From: an uncultured Acidobacteriota bacterium | GTDB taxonomy: Bacteria; Acidobacteriota; Thermoanaerobaculia; UBA5066; Gp7-AA6 | Assembly (NCBI GenBank): GCA_963764715.1 | Contig: CAVXTP010000015.1 | Coordinates: forward strand, 96,001 to 160,000 | DNA length: 64,000 nucleotides | Direction of reading: 5' to 3' | Shown: positions 27,456 through 36,087 of the stretch, in pieces | Layout: each line of letters starts with the position of its first letter | Numbering within the stretch: position 1 is the stretch's first letter | Notes under the pieces: generated by a model | What the model saw: only the letters and a program-made list of their open reading frames with translations | What the model was told of the DNA's origin: nothing | Databases searched by the model: none | Translations under genes and position numbers: made by a program

Positions 27456-28856
27456 TTACATTTCTTCGAGCGTCCGGCCCTTCGTCTCCCGCACGAACTT
27501 GAGCACGAGGACGAACGACAGCGCCGCCGCGGCCGTGTAGAGCCCGTACGCGAGCCCGAGGCCCATCCGCGAGAGCCCCGGGAACGTCAGCGTGACCAGC
27601 CAGTTGGCGATCCACTGCGCCGCGGCCGCGAGCGCCAGCGCCGCCCCGCGAATCCGGTTGTTGAACATCTCGCCGAGCAGGACCCAGACGATCGGCCCCC
27701 ACGAGAACCCGAACGCGAAGACGTAGAGGTTCGCCGCGACGAGCGCCGCCGTCCCGTTCGCTCCCGTGAGCACCGGCGAGCCGGCGGGGTCGCGGGGGGC
27801 GCTCGCGAAGAGGACCGCCATCGTGCCGAGCGTCAGCGCCATCCCGATCGAGCCCGCGAGCAGGAGGGGCCTGCGCCCGAAGCGGTCCACGAACGCGATC
27901 GCGATGAGGGTCGTGACGATGTTGATCACGCCGGTGATCGTGCTGATGCGCATCGAGTCCGCCACGGTGAAGCCGACCGAGTGCCAGAGCGCGGTGCTGT
28001 AGTAGAAGATGACGTTGATCCCGACGAACTGCTGGAAGACGGAGAGCCCGATGCCGACCCAGACGATCGGCAGCAGCAGGCTCTTCGGCGAGCGCAGGTC
28101 CTCCAGCCGCGACGGGCGGTCCTCGACCACGGTCTTCTGGATGTCGGCGATCCGCTCCTCGACTCCGGGCTCGCCGATCCGCGTCAGGATGGCGGCCGCC
28201 TCGGCCGCGTGGCCCCTCGCGACGAGGTAGCGCGGCGACTCGGGGATGAGGAACGCCCCGAGGCCGTAGATCAGGGACGGGAGCACCTCGACCCAGAACA
28301 TCCACCGCCAGGCCGGCACGCCCAGCCAGAACGGCGCGTCGGGCGATCCGGCCGTGTGCGCGATCAGGTCGTTGACGGCGAGCGCCAGGAAGATGCCGAC
28401 GACGATCGCGAGCTGCTGCAGGGAGCCCAGGCGCCCGCGGATGCGCGCCGGCGCGACCTCCGCGATGTAGGCGGGCGCGATGACGCTCGCGGCGCCGACG
28501 GCGATGCCGCCGAGGAATCGCCAGATCGAGAAGGCCAGCAGGCTCTGCGCGATGCCCGAGCCGAGGGAGCTGACCGCGAAGAGCAGGGCCGTCATGCGCA
28601 TGGCCTGCACGCGCCCGGCGCGGTCCGCGACACGGCCCGCGATGAGGGCGCCGACGGCCGAGCCGAGCAGCGCCGACGCGATCGCGAAGCCGAGCCGGCC
28701 GGGGTCGGCCCGGAAGTGCCGCTCGAGCGCGCCGACCGTCCCGTTGACGACGGCGGTGTCGTACCCGAAGAGGAATCCGCCGAGGGCCGCGATCGCGGAG
28801 ATGAACGCGACGTAGCCGACGGTCGTCGAGGGCGCTCCGGGCGTTCTACGGCTCAT
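27456..28856 (-). CDS. MFS sugar porter (GlcP/XylE-like)
   Basis: GGFLFGYDTAV, ADRAGR, YIAEVAP, PESPRYL, QQFVGIN, DRFGRRP, ETKGRTLE. Confidence 0.95.
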   Translation of the reverse strand: MSRRTPGAPSTTVGYVAFISAIAALGGFLFGYDTAVVNGTVGALERHFRADPGRLGFAIASALLGSAVGALIAGRVADRAGRVQAMRMTALLFAVSSLGSGIAQSLLAFSIWRFLGGIAVGAASVIAPAYIAEVAPARIRGRLGSLQQLAIVVGIFLALAVNDLIAHTAGSPDAPFWLGVPAWRWMFWVEVLPSLIYGLGAFLIPESPRYLVARGHAAEAAAILTRIGEPGVEERIADIQKTVVEDRPSRLEDLRSPKSLLLPIVWVGIGLSVFQQFVGINVIFYYSTALWHSVGFTVADSMRISTITGVINIVTTLIAIAFVDRFGRRPLLLAGSIGMALTLGTMAVLFASAPRDPAGSPVLTGANGTAALVAANLYVFAFGFSWGPIVWVLLGEMFNNRIRGAALALAAAAQWIANWLVTLTFPGLSRMGLGLAYGLYTAAAALSFVLVLKFVRETKGRTLEEM

Positions 28857-29943
28857 CGAGAAACGCCTCCGCGATGGCCGGCGCCCGGCCGGTGAACGAC
28901 TCGTCGCTGTTGACGAGCAGGGCGACCACCAGACGCTCCTCCGGATAGATCACGAGGTTGGCCGTCCCGCCCATCGCGCCGCCGGAATGCCGCACCCGCC
29001 GCCGGCCCTTCGAATCGCGGTCGACCGTCCAGCCGATGCCGTACTCCGTGTCCTTGCCGTCCGTCGTCTTCTGCGACGTCCACAGGAGGGCGAGGGTCTC
29101 GGGCTTCAGCAGCCGGCCCTCGAGCAGCGCATTGCCGAAGGCGACGAGGTCTTCCGCCGTCGAGAGGAAGCCGCCCCCGGCCCACTTGTAGCTGTTGTCG
29201 ACGAAAGCCGCGTTGCGGACGGCGCCGGTCGCCTCGTCCCGCGTGTAGAAGCGGGCCCGGCCGGGAACGATCGGCGTCGGGTCGTCCGCCGCCGTGTGGG
29301 TCATCCCGGCCGGCGCGAAGACGCGCTTCTGCATGACGGACAGAAACGGCTCGCCGCTCGCGCCCTCGATCACCGCCGAGATCAGGTTCCAGCCGTAGGA
29401 CGAGTAGGAGAACCGCGTCCCGGGCTCGAAGAGCAGGGCATCCCTCTCGAAGATCGCCAGTCCCGCGCGCACCGTGTCGTAGTGGTCGCGGATGCCGAAC
29501 TCCTCCCCCTCGTAGTGCCGGATCCCGGCGAGGTGGCCGGCGAGCTGCCGCGTCGTGATCGGCCAGGCCTTGCGGGGAAAGTCGGGCACGTAGGTCTGCA
29601 CCGGAAGGTCGAGGTCGAGCCGGCCCTCCTCGACGAGGAGGCCGAGCGCCGCCGCCGTCAGCGGCTTGGAGACGCTGCCGATCCGCAGGCGGGAGTCGGA
29701 CGCGACGGGGACGTCGAGCTCGAGGTCGGCGCAGCCGAAGCTCTCGCTCCAGACCGTGCGCCCGGCCCGCGACACGGCGATCTGGGCGCCCGGCGCGAGC
29801 GTGCGGAACATCGCGAGCTCGACCATGGCGCGCGACCGCTCGATCGCGCCGGCGGTCCCCGCGGCGGCCGGCGCCGCCTGGGCGAGGAGCCCGGACGTCC
29901 AGAGCGCGAGAAGCGCCGCGAGGCCCGCGCGCCTCACCGCCAT
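28846..29943 (-). CDS. serine hydrolase, beta-lactamase (class C-like) fold, secreted
   Basis: IGSVSK (SxxK), FSYSSYG, AGGGFLST, HSGG. Confidence 0.88.
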   Translation of the reverse strand: MAVRRAGLAALLALWTSGLLAQAAPAAAGTAGAIERSRAMVELAMFRTLAPGAQIAVSRAGRTVWSESFGCADLELDVPVASDSRLRIGSVSKPLTAAALGLLVEEGRLDLDLPVQTYVPDFPRKAWPITTRQLAGHLAGIRHYEGEEFGIRDHYDTVRAGLAIFERDALLFEPGTRFSYSSYGWNLISAVIEGASGEPFLSVMQKRVFAPAGMTHTAADDPTPIVPGRARFYTRDEATGAVRNAAFVDNSYKWAGGGFLSTAEDLVAFGNALLEGRLLKPETLALLWTSQKTTDGKDTEYGIGWTVDRDSKGRRRVRHSGGAMGGTANLVIYPEERLVVALLVNSDESFTGRAPAIAEAFLDEP

Positions 29944-30347
29944 GCGGCCAGGATCGCGCCCATGAGGACGAGGTAGGCGAGCTGGTAAGCCGCGTCGATC
30001 GCCCAGGCCGACAGCTTCCGGTCGGAGTACATGTTGGCGGTCAGGCCGAGCGTCGCCGCGAAGCCGACGCCGACGAGGCCTCCGAGCTTCGCCCCGGTCA
30101 GCCACGACACGATCCCGATCCGCTGCAGGAGCACGCAGAGCGCTCCGGCCATCACGAGGTTGCACAGAAAGGAGACCGCGTAAGCCCGCGGGGCCGAGGC
30201 CCGCATCGCCTCGATCTTCTCCGCCGTCAGCCCGTTCGCCGCCACCCAGGCCTTCCCGAAGAGCACCGGCGAGTACCAGAGAGCGCCGAGGACGAACGCC
30301 GCCACCGCGGCGACGACGATCGCTGAAACGTGACAGGACCCCGGCAT
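29934..30347 (-). CDS. DUF1761 family membrane protein
   Basis: AVAAFVLGALWYSPVLFGKAW...IDAAYQL. Confidence 0.8.
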   Translation of the reverse strand: MPGSCHVSAIVVAAVAAFVLGALWYSPVLFGKAWVAANGLTAEKIEAMRASAPRAYAVSFLCNLVMAGALCVLLQRIGIVSWLTGAKLGGLVGVGFAATLGLTANMYSDRKLSAWAIDAAYQLAYLVLMGAILAAWR

Positions 30348-30385
30348 ACGGACCTCCTCTTTCCTGGAACGCGCCTTCCCCGGCT

Positions 30386-31003
30386 CTATCCGTTGCGGCT
30401 CACGGCGATCCACAGCCCGGCGAGGACGGCGCAGATGCCGACGCTGACGAAGACGTTGACGAACGCGGCGGCCATGGCGACGAGGTAGCCCGGCACGCCG
30501 AGGCGGTAGCTCTTCGTGAACGCCGCGATCATCTCCTCGGTGACGTGGGGGCGCAGGAGCCGCCGCCCGCGGATCGCCGTCTGCCAGAGGAGCCAGAAGG
30601 CGACGCCGATCGCGACGAACGTGCCCGCGTAGAAGGCCGCGGCGGCGGGCGCCGCGGGCCGCTCGAGGTACTCGGCGAGGATGGCCGTGGGGAACGGGAC
30701 GAACGTCACGAGCAGCAGCAGGAAGCCGTTGGCGTAGAGAAACCGGGGGTCGGCCTTCGCCACGAGGTGAAAGATCGCGTGATGATTGGCCCACATGATG
30801 AAGATCGTCAGAAAGCTGACGAGAAACGCCACGTACGAAGGCCAGAGCCCGCCGAGAGCCGCCCACAGAGCGGGTGCGCCGCTTCCCGCCGGCAGATGTG
30901 GCACACGGATCTCGAGGATCAGCAGCGTGATCGCGATCGCGAACACGCCGTCGCTGAAGGCCTCGATGCGGCCCGTCTCCTTCTCCTCGGCCGGTGGAGT
31001 CAC
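30386..31003 (-). CDS. TMEM175 family potassium channel
   Basis: RIEAFSDGVFAIAITLLILE, W.NHH, PFPT. Confidence 0.9.
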   Translation of the reverse strand: MTPPAEEKETGRIEAFSDGVFAIAITLLILEIRVPHLPAGSGAPALWAALGGLWPSYVAFLVSFLTIFIMWANHHAIFHLVAKADPRFLYANGFLLLLVTFVPFPTAILAEYLERPAAPAAAAFYAGTFVAIGVAFWLLWQTAIRGRRLLRPHVTEEMIAAFTKSYRLGVPGYLVAMAAAFVNVFVSVGICAVLAGLWIAVSRNG

Positions 31004-31013
31004 GGCCCGGCCG

Positions 31014-31484
31014 CTACGGTTTGGCCGGCGCGGGTGCCGGGGCAGGATCCGCGGACGCCAGGTCGGCGACGTAAGCCCACTTCCCGCCCGTCTTCTTCGT
31101 GACCGCGGTGAAGCGCCCCCTCATCGTCACGGGGGCCCCGCCCTTCTTCGGCTGGAGGGTGAGCGTGAAGTTGCCCCACGCCGCCGAGAGGTCGCCCGAC
31201 GTCCGGTAGACCGCGTTCGCGATGGTCGCGTCGGCCACGGTGTTGGCGGCGAGCAGCCCCGCGTACGCGTCGCGGATCGCCTTCGCGCCGCGGGCCTCCG
31301 GCGCGTCCGGCAGCCACATCACGGCATCCGGCGCGTAGCAGGCCACGAGCGCTTCGACGTCGTTCGCCTTGATCGCCTTCAGCCAGGCGGCGTCGACCGA
31401 TTTCGCCCCCTCTTCGGCCTTCAAAGCCGCCGCCGAACACAGGATCCCGAAAGCCAGGGCCGCCGCCGCGAACCTCGTCCTCAT
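31014..31484 (-). CDS. secreted NTF2/SnoaL-like (DUF4440-type) protein
   Basis: Signal peptide; ANDVEALVACYAPDAV, GRFTAV..KTGGKW; GGAGG upstream of ATG 31484. Confidence 0.8.
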   Translation of the reverse strand: MRTRFAAAALAFGILCSAAALKAEEGAKSVDAAWLKAIKANDVEALVACYAPDAVMWLPDAPEARGAKAIRDAYAGLLAANTVADATIANAVYRTSGDLSAAWGNFTLTLQPKKGGAPVTMRGRFTAVTKKTGGKWAYVADLASADPAPAPAPAKP

Positions 31485-31529
31485 CGTCTTCCTCCCCCTC
31501 TTCTTGCGCCGGATCATAGCTGGCGGACT

Positions 31530-31554
31530 CTGGGGTCAGCCCTGCATTTCTGAA
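31530..31554. repeat. half copy of type A GGGGTCAG element
   Basis: CTGGGGTCAGCCCTGCATTTCTGAA. Confidence 0.8.
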
Positions 31555-31569
31555 TTTTCCGGGGGTGGC

Positions 31570-32028
31570 TCAGGAGATCGGCCGGCGCAGCTTGGGCCCC
31601 GTGAAGACGAAGCCCTGCGACTCGTAGAACCGGATGGTGCGCTCCCACTTCGGCCCCGGCGGCGCGGTCACGTCGATCCGGCGCCATCCCCGGGCGCGGC
31701 CGAAGACGACGGCCGCGTCGAGCAGGCGGCGGCCGATGCCGCGCCAGCGATGCTCGGGTGCGACGTAGAGCTCGTCGATCACGCCATACCGCCCGCCGGC
31801 GTAGATCGCAAAGGTCTCCGTCAGCGTCAGGACTCCGACGGGCTCGCCGTCCTCGCGCGCGAGGAACGCATGGACCGCGCCCCCGTCGGCCTCGAGCGAG
31901 CGGAGCGCGCCGGCCTCGTCGAGCCCGGCGAACTCGGCGGGTGAATCCTCGAGCTCCGCGAGCAGCCGCGCGACCAGGCGCACCACCGCGGGCCGGTCCG
32001 CCTCCCCGGCGGCGACGATCTCAACCAC
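31570..32028 (-). CDS. GNAT N-acetyltransferase
   Basis: IDELYVAPEHRWRGIGRRLL, FYESQGF. Confidence 0.85.
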   Translation of the reverse strand: MVEIVAAGEADRPAVVRLVARLLAELEDSPAEFAGLDEAGALRSLEADGGAVHAFLAREDGEPVGVLTLTETFAIYAGGRYGVIDELYVAPEHRWRGIGRRLLDAAVVFGRARGWRRIDVTAPPGPKWERTIRFYESQGFVFTGPKLRRPIS

Positions 32029-32527
32029 GCCGGACCTCGATCGCGACGCGGACCGGCACCGGCGCGAGCACGCGCTCGAGGTCCGCCGGGGCAATCCGGA
32101 CGAGAAACCCCCGCCGCCCGCCGTTGATGAGGAAACGGTCGAGCCCGAGGATCGTCTCCTCCACGTAGACCGGCAGCCGCGCCCGCGTGCCGAAGGGGCT
32201 GACGCCGCCCGGGACGTAACCGGTGTGCTTCTCGACCGCCGCCGGGCTCGCCGGCGCGACTTCCCGGGCGCCGATCTGGCGCGCGAGCTCCTTCGTCGAC
32301 ACCTCGCGGTCGCCGTGCATCAGCACGATGAGCGGCTGCGGGCGGCCCTCGCGTCCGCGCGCCTCCATGACGAGCGTCTTGACGACGGCGTGCTCGTCGA
32401 CGCCGAGCGCCTCGGCCGAGTGCTTCGTTCCGCCGCGCTCCACGTACGCGTAGACGTGCGGCTCGAACTCGACGCCCGCCGCGCGGAGCGCCCGGACCGC
32501 CGCCGTGACGGGCACCTCCGCCTTCAA
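32021..32527 (-). CDS. ybaK: Cys-tRNA(Pro) deacylase, YbaK/EbsC family
   Basis: VVKTLV, HTGYVPGGVSPFG, INGGRRG; TTG start overlapping upstream stop assumed. Confidence 0.85.
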   Translation of the reverse strand: MKAEVPVTAAVRALRAAGVEFEPHVYAYVERGGTKHSAEALGVDEHAVVKTLVMEARGREGRPQPLIVLMHGDREVSTKELARQIGAREVAPASPAAVEKHTGYVPGGVSPFGTRARLPVYVEETILGLDRFLINGGRRGFLVRIAPADLERVLAPVPVRVAIEVRRG

Positions 32528-32712
32528 CGGCAGCCGTGCAGGAAGAGCGCCCAGACCACCACGGCCAGCCAGCCGAACGCGAGGAGCCCCGCCACCCCGA
32601 GGACGATGGGCTGCTGGAAGAGCGAAAACGCCTTCTCGAGCGGCGCCCCGCATCGGGCGCACGTCTGCCGCTCGTCGAGGTTGTTCTCGGCCCGACAGCT
32701 CCAGCAGGTCAT
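32524..32712 (-). CDS. small zinc-ribbon membrane protein (62 aa)
   Basis: CWSC...CARCG followed by one hydrophobic helix; stop overlaps the next start. Confidence 0.6.
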   Translation of the reverse strand: MTCWSCRAENNLDERQTCARCGAPLEKAFSLFQQPIVLGVAGLLAFGWLAVVVWALFLHGCR

Positions 32713-32725
32713 GCCCTCGAGAGCC

Positions 32726-33223
32726 TCAATCGAACTCCACGCGCGGCGGAACCTGGGTCTCGCTGACGCGCCCGGCCTCGATGTCCGCCTTGAAGTAGTT
32801 CTCGCCCTTCATCGGAGCGCCCGCCATGCGGCGCAGCATCGCGAGCTGGCCGATGTGCGTCAGCGCGTCGGCGACCGGGCCCTGGAAGAGCCGCTCCTCC
32901 GTCGAGCCGAGCGGCCGGCCCGAGGCGAGCCGCGCGTCGAAGCGCGCGAGTCCCGCGTGGAACCTCGCCACCTCGGCGTCCCACGGCAGCGGCTCCGAGT
33001 CGTGCCAGACGTGCCGGCCGTCGGCGAGCTGCAGGGCCCAGTCGAAGAGATCGTTGACGTGGGCGAGGATCTGGGCCGGCGTGCGGGTCCCCGGCGACGC
33101 CCGGAACCCGGCGAACATCTCGCCCGCCCCGCGCAGCGCCTTGGCGCCCCGGTACGCCACGGTTGCCACCGCGTGCCTCAGCCCCATCGGGCCGGCCCCT
33201 CCGCTCTCCGCCGCGCCGCTCAT
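32726..33223 (-). CDS. DinB-like hypothetical protein
   Basis: LRHAVATVAYR, ILAHVNDL, QGPVADALTHIGQLAMLRR. Confidence 0.75.
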   Translation of the reverse strand: MSGAAESGGAGPMGLRHAVATVAYRGAKALRGAGEMFAGFRASPGTRTPAQILAHVNDLFDWALQLADGRHVWHDSEPLPWDAEVARFHAGLARFDARLASGRPLGSTEERLFQGPVADALTHIGQLAMLRRMAGAPMKGENYFKADIEAGRVSETQVPPRVEFD

Positions 33224-33636
33224 CCGCCCTCGAGATCGCCGAGCTGCGTGAGCATCCCGAGATCGTCGACGACGTCCCAGTGCTCGACGATCCGGTTGTC
33301 GCGCAGCCGGTAGAAGTCCATCCCGCGGACGAGGATCGTCTTGCCCGTCGGGGGGATTCCGAGAAACGCGCCGCGGTGCGTGCCGCGCCAGGAGTAGCGC
33401 GCCGCGACGGTTTCGTCCTCGCCGACGAGCTCCTCGAGCGTGAAGCGCACGTCGGGGAAGCCCTCGCGCAGGGCGGCGACCTTCGCCTTGACGCCGGCCG
33501 CGCCGGCCACCTGCCCCGCAGCCGGGCTGTGATCGACGTACGCCGCGCCGACGATCGTGTCGAGCAGGCCGAGCCGTCCGCCGTTGAGCACGTCGTCGAA
33601 CAGCCGCCGGATGATGTCCTTGTTGGCTTCGCTCAT
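33220..33636 (-). CDS. SnoaL-like ester cyclase
   Basis: MSEANKDIIRR, GFPDV, GTHRGAFLGIPPTGK, IVEHW. Confidence 0.88.
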   Translation of the reverse strand: MSEANKDIIRRLFDDVLNGGRLGLLDTIVGAAYVDHSPAAGQVAGAAGVKAKVAALREGFPDVRFTLEELVGEDETVAARYSWRGTHRGAFLGIPPTGKTILVRGMDFYRLRDNRIVEHWDVVDDLGMLTQLGDLEGG

Positions 33637-34439
33637 GCGCGGCCTCCGGTCTCGACGATCTTCGCGGCGATCTCCCGCGCCAGCTTGGCCGCGACCATCG
33701 CCGTCATTCCCGAGGAATCCATCCGGGGATTGAACTCCACGACGTCGGCGCCCACGACCCGGCCGCGCATGCGGCGGATCACGTCGACGGCCTGGCGGGT
33801 CGTCAGCCCGCCCGGTTCGCGGTGCGAGACGCCCGGCGCGCACGAGGGATCGAGTCCGTCCAGGTCGAACGTCACGTAGACGGGGGTGTCGAACGCGAGG
33901 TCGAGGCCGTCGCGAAAGTCCTTCATCTCGATCATCTCGACGCCGAATCGCTCGGCCTGCGCGCGCTGCGGCGGATTGGCCGCCCGGATCCCGACCTGCA
34001 CGAGGCGCTGCGCGAGCCCGCTCTCCATGATCCGGGCGAACGGGCAGGCGTGCGAGAGGCGATTGCCGCCGAACTCGTCGTAGAGGTCGGGGTGCGCGTC
34101 GAACTGCAGCACCGAGAGCCGCGGATGCCGCTTCGCGAAGGCGCGCAGGATCGGATACGTGATCGCGTGATCGCCCCCGAGGGAGACGGGCGCGTGATCC
34201 CCCTCGAGGAGATGCGTCACCGCCGCCTCGATGCGCGCAAAGGTGTCCGCGCCGGGCTCCTCGCCGAGGTCGCCGGCGTCGTAGAACGCGGTGCGCGGGA
34301 GGTCGATGCCGCCCTCGGTCCAGGTGTTCGAGGACTCGCAGAACATCGCCTCGCGGATCAGCGGCGGGGCCTCGGCCGCTCCCCGCATGTACGACGAGTT
34401 CGCGTCGCTGCGAAAGCCCACGAGGGCGAGACGCGTCAC
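33633..34439 (-). CDS. speB: agmatinase/ureohydrolase
   Basis: LGGDHAI, FDAHPDL, SHACPF, FDLDGLDP..APG, DVVEFNP; exact substrate not established. Confidence 0.8.
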   Translation of the reverse strand: MTRLALVGFRSDANSSYMRGAAEAPPLIREAMFCESSNTWTEGGIDLPRTAFYDAGDLGEEPGADTFARIEAAVTHLLEGDHAPVSLGGDHAITYPILRAFAKRHPRLSVLQFDAHPDLYDEFGGNRLSHACPFARIMESGLAQRLVQVGIRAANPPQRAQAERFGVEMIEMKDFRDGLDLAFDTPVYVTFDLDGLDPSCAPGVSHREPGGLTTRQAVDVIRRMRGRVVGADVVEFNPRMDSSGMTAMVAAKLAREIAAKIVETGGRA

Positions 34440-34468
34440 GGCGCCTCGACCGCCGGACCGAGGCTCAT
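34436..34468 (-). other. 10-codon minigene coupled to ureohydrolase start
   Basis: GGGAGGT upstream of ATG 34468; MSLGPAVEAP*; TGA overlaps GTG (GTGA). Confidence 0.45.
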
Positions 34469-34493
34469 CGAGACACCTCCCGTCGCGGTCGGA

Positions 34494-35567
34494 TCATAAG
34501 TCCCCGGCCGGCAAATCGCGCTCCATGCGGACGACCGGCAGGCCCGCGCCGCCCGGCAGCGGCACCACCATCGCTTCCCGTTCCGCAAAGCCGAAGGCGA
34601 GGTAAAAGGGCACGCCCGGCAGCGTCGACGCGAGCTCGACGCGCTGGAATCCCGCGGCGCGCGCCGCGTCGAGGCACGCCTCGAGAATCGCGCGGCCGAC
34701 GCCCCGCCGTGCGAAGCCGGGGTGCACGAAGAAGGCGCGGATCCGGGCCGCGTCGGTCTGCGGATCCAGAAACGGGTCCTCGACCCCCTTCATCTGGTCG
34801 CCGCCGTAGAGCGTGCGCCGGCGGCTCCAGCCCCCGCAGCCGGCGAGGAGCCCGGCCTCCTCGGCCACGAAGTAGGTGCCGTCGGAGATCAGCCGCGTGT
34901 CGGGGCCGAAGACGTGGACGATCGCGGCCTCCGTCTGCTCCTCGGTGTAGTAGCCGCGCGAGAGCTCGCGGGCGGAGCGGGGAATGAGCTCGACGAGCGC
35001 CGGAAGGTCGCCCATCGTCGCGCGGCGAAGCTCCAGCTTCGCCTCCGGAGTCTCGAAGCGGACCCGCCCGGTCGCCGCGTCCTCCTCGGCGGCCTGCAAG
35101 CCGCAACGCTCGAGCACGACGATCGACGCGGCGTTTCCCCGGGTCGTGTGCGCGATGACTTTCCGGACGCCGGGAGTGCCGAGCGCGCGGCGCACCAGGG
35201 CGCGAGCCATCTCGGTCGCGTAGCCGCGGCCGCGATGCTCGGGCGCCACGGAGTAACCGAGCTCGGCGACGCCCTCCTCCGAGGGCGGTCCGAGGAAGCC
35301 TCCCGCGCCCACGAGAGCGGCGGGCGATCCCGGCGCCGCGCGGCGCACGGCGTACCAGCCGTACCAGCCCTCGACGCCGGGTCCGCCTTCGCGCAGCCGG
35401 CCGCGGAAGAACTCCATCGCCGACCGGTCGTATTCGCCAGGCGGCCAGCTCGGCGGCACCTGCGCCGAGAGGAGGTCGGTGAGGCGCTCGGGCGCGGCGA
35501 GCTCGGCCTCGACGTGGGCGAGCGTCGCCGCCACGAGGTCGAGGCGATCGGTCGAGATGACGGTCAC
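34494..35567 (-). CDS. tandem double-GNAT acetyltransferase
   Basis: Domain 1 ELGYSVAPEHRGRGYA..NAASIVVLERCG; domain 2 IRAFFVHPGFARRGVG..STLPGVPFY; no stop between. Confidence 0.8.
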   Translation of the reverse strand: MTVISTDRLDLVAATLAHVEAELAAPERLTDLLSAQVPPSWPPGEYDRSAMEFFRGRLREGGPGVEGWYGWYAVRRAAPGSPAALVGAGGFLGPPSEEGVAELGYSVAPEHRGRGYATEMARALVRRALGTPGVRKVIAHTTRGNAASIVVLERCGLQAAEEDAATGRVRFETPEAKLELRRATMGDLPALVELIPRSARELSRGYYTEEQTEAAIVHVFGPDTRLISDGTYFVAEEAGLLAGCGGWSRRRTLYGGDQMKGVEDPFLDPQTDAARIRAFFVHPGFARRGVGRAILEACLDAARAAGFQRVELASTLPGVPFYLAFGFAEREAMVVPLPGGAGLPVVRMERDLPAGDL

Positions 35568-35581
35568 GGCAGGCGGCGCGG

Positions 35582-35953
35582 CTAGCGCACCTTCTCGCGC
35601 GAGAAGTGCGGGTTCTGGATGATCCCGAAGGGGTTGCCGAAGGGATCCTTCACGACCGCCACGCGGATCCCCTCGCCGACGTCGGCGAGATCCTTGAACG
35701 GCCTCGCGCCGAGGGCGAGGAGCCGCGCGAGCTCGGCCGCGGCGTCGTCGACGGCCCAGTACGCCGCGACTCCTCCCGCCGGGCCCGCCCCGCTCATGTC
35801 GGGGTCGAGGCCGAGCTCGAAGCCGCCGACCTCGAACCCCACGTAGAACGGCTGGGCGAAGTAGGGCTCGATCCCGAGCGCCCGCGTGTACCACGCTTTC
35901 GCGGCTTCGAGGTCCGGGACCTGGTAGATCACCGTGCGGAGCCCCTGGATCAT
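35582..35953 (-). CDS. VOC/glyoxalase family protein
   Basis: LRTVIYQVPDLEAAKAWY, ELGLDP, KDPFGNPFGII. Confidence 0.9.
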   Translation of the reverse strand: MIQGLRTVIYQVPDLEAAKAWYTRALGIEPYFAQPFYVGFEVGGFELGLDPDMSGAGPAGGVAAYWAVDDAAAELARLLALGARPFKDLADVGEGIRVAVVKDPFGNPFGIIQNPHFSREKVR

Positions 35954-36020
35954 CGGCGTCCCCCCTCGCGGGAGTCTATCGAGCCGGGGGGAATTTCGAG
36001 TCAATGGCGGAAATCGGAGT

Positions 36021-36087
36021 CCTGGGGCCTGACCTGCATTTCTGAATCTTTCGAGTAAAGATTCAGTTATTCAGGGCTGACCCCAGG
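36021..36087. repeat. 67-bp type A GGGGTCAG element, overlapping 3' end of amidohydrolase fusion gene
   Basis: Reverse complement CCTGGGGTCAGCCCTGAATAACTGAA-N15-TTCAGAAATGCAGGTCAGGCCCCAGG. Confidence 0.85.

Noticed and set aside
28846-29943. Antibiotic-resistance beta-lactamase
   Set aside because: Only generic serine-hydrolase motifs; family mostly comprises esterases and peptidases
18210-36087. Conserved arms with variable centre as a CRISPR repeat-spacer
   Set aside because: Arms are inverted and dispersed, not tandem direct repeats; no cas genes seen
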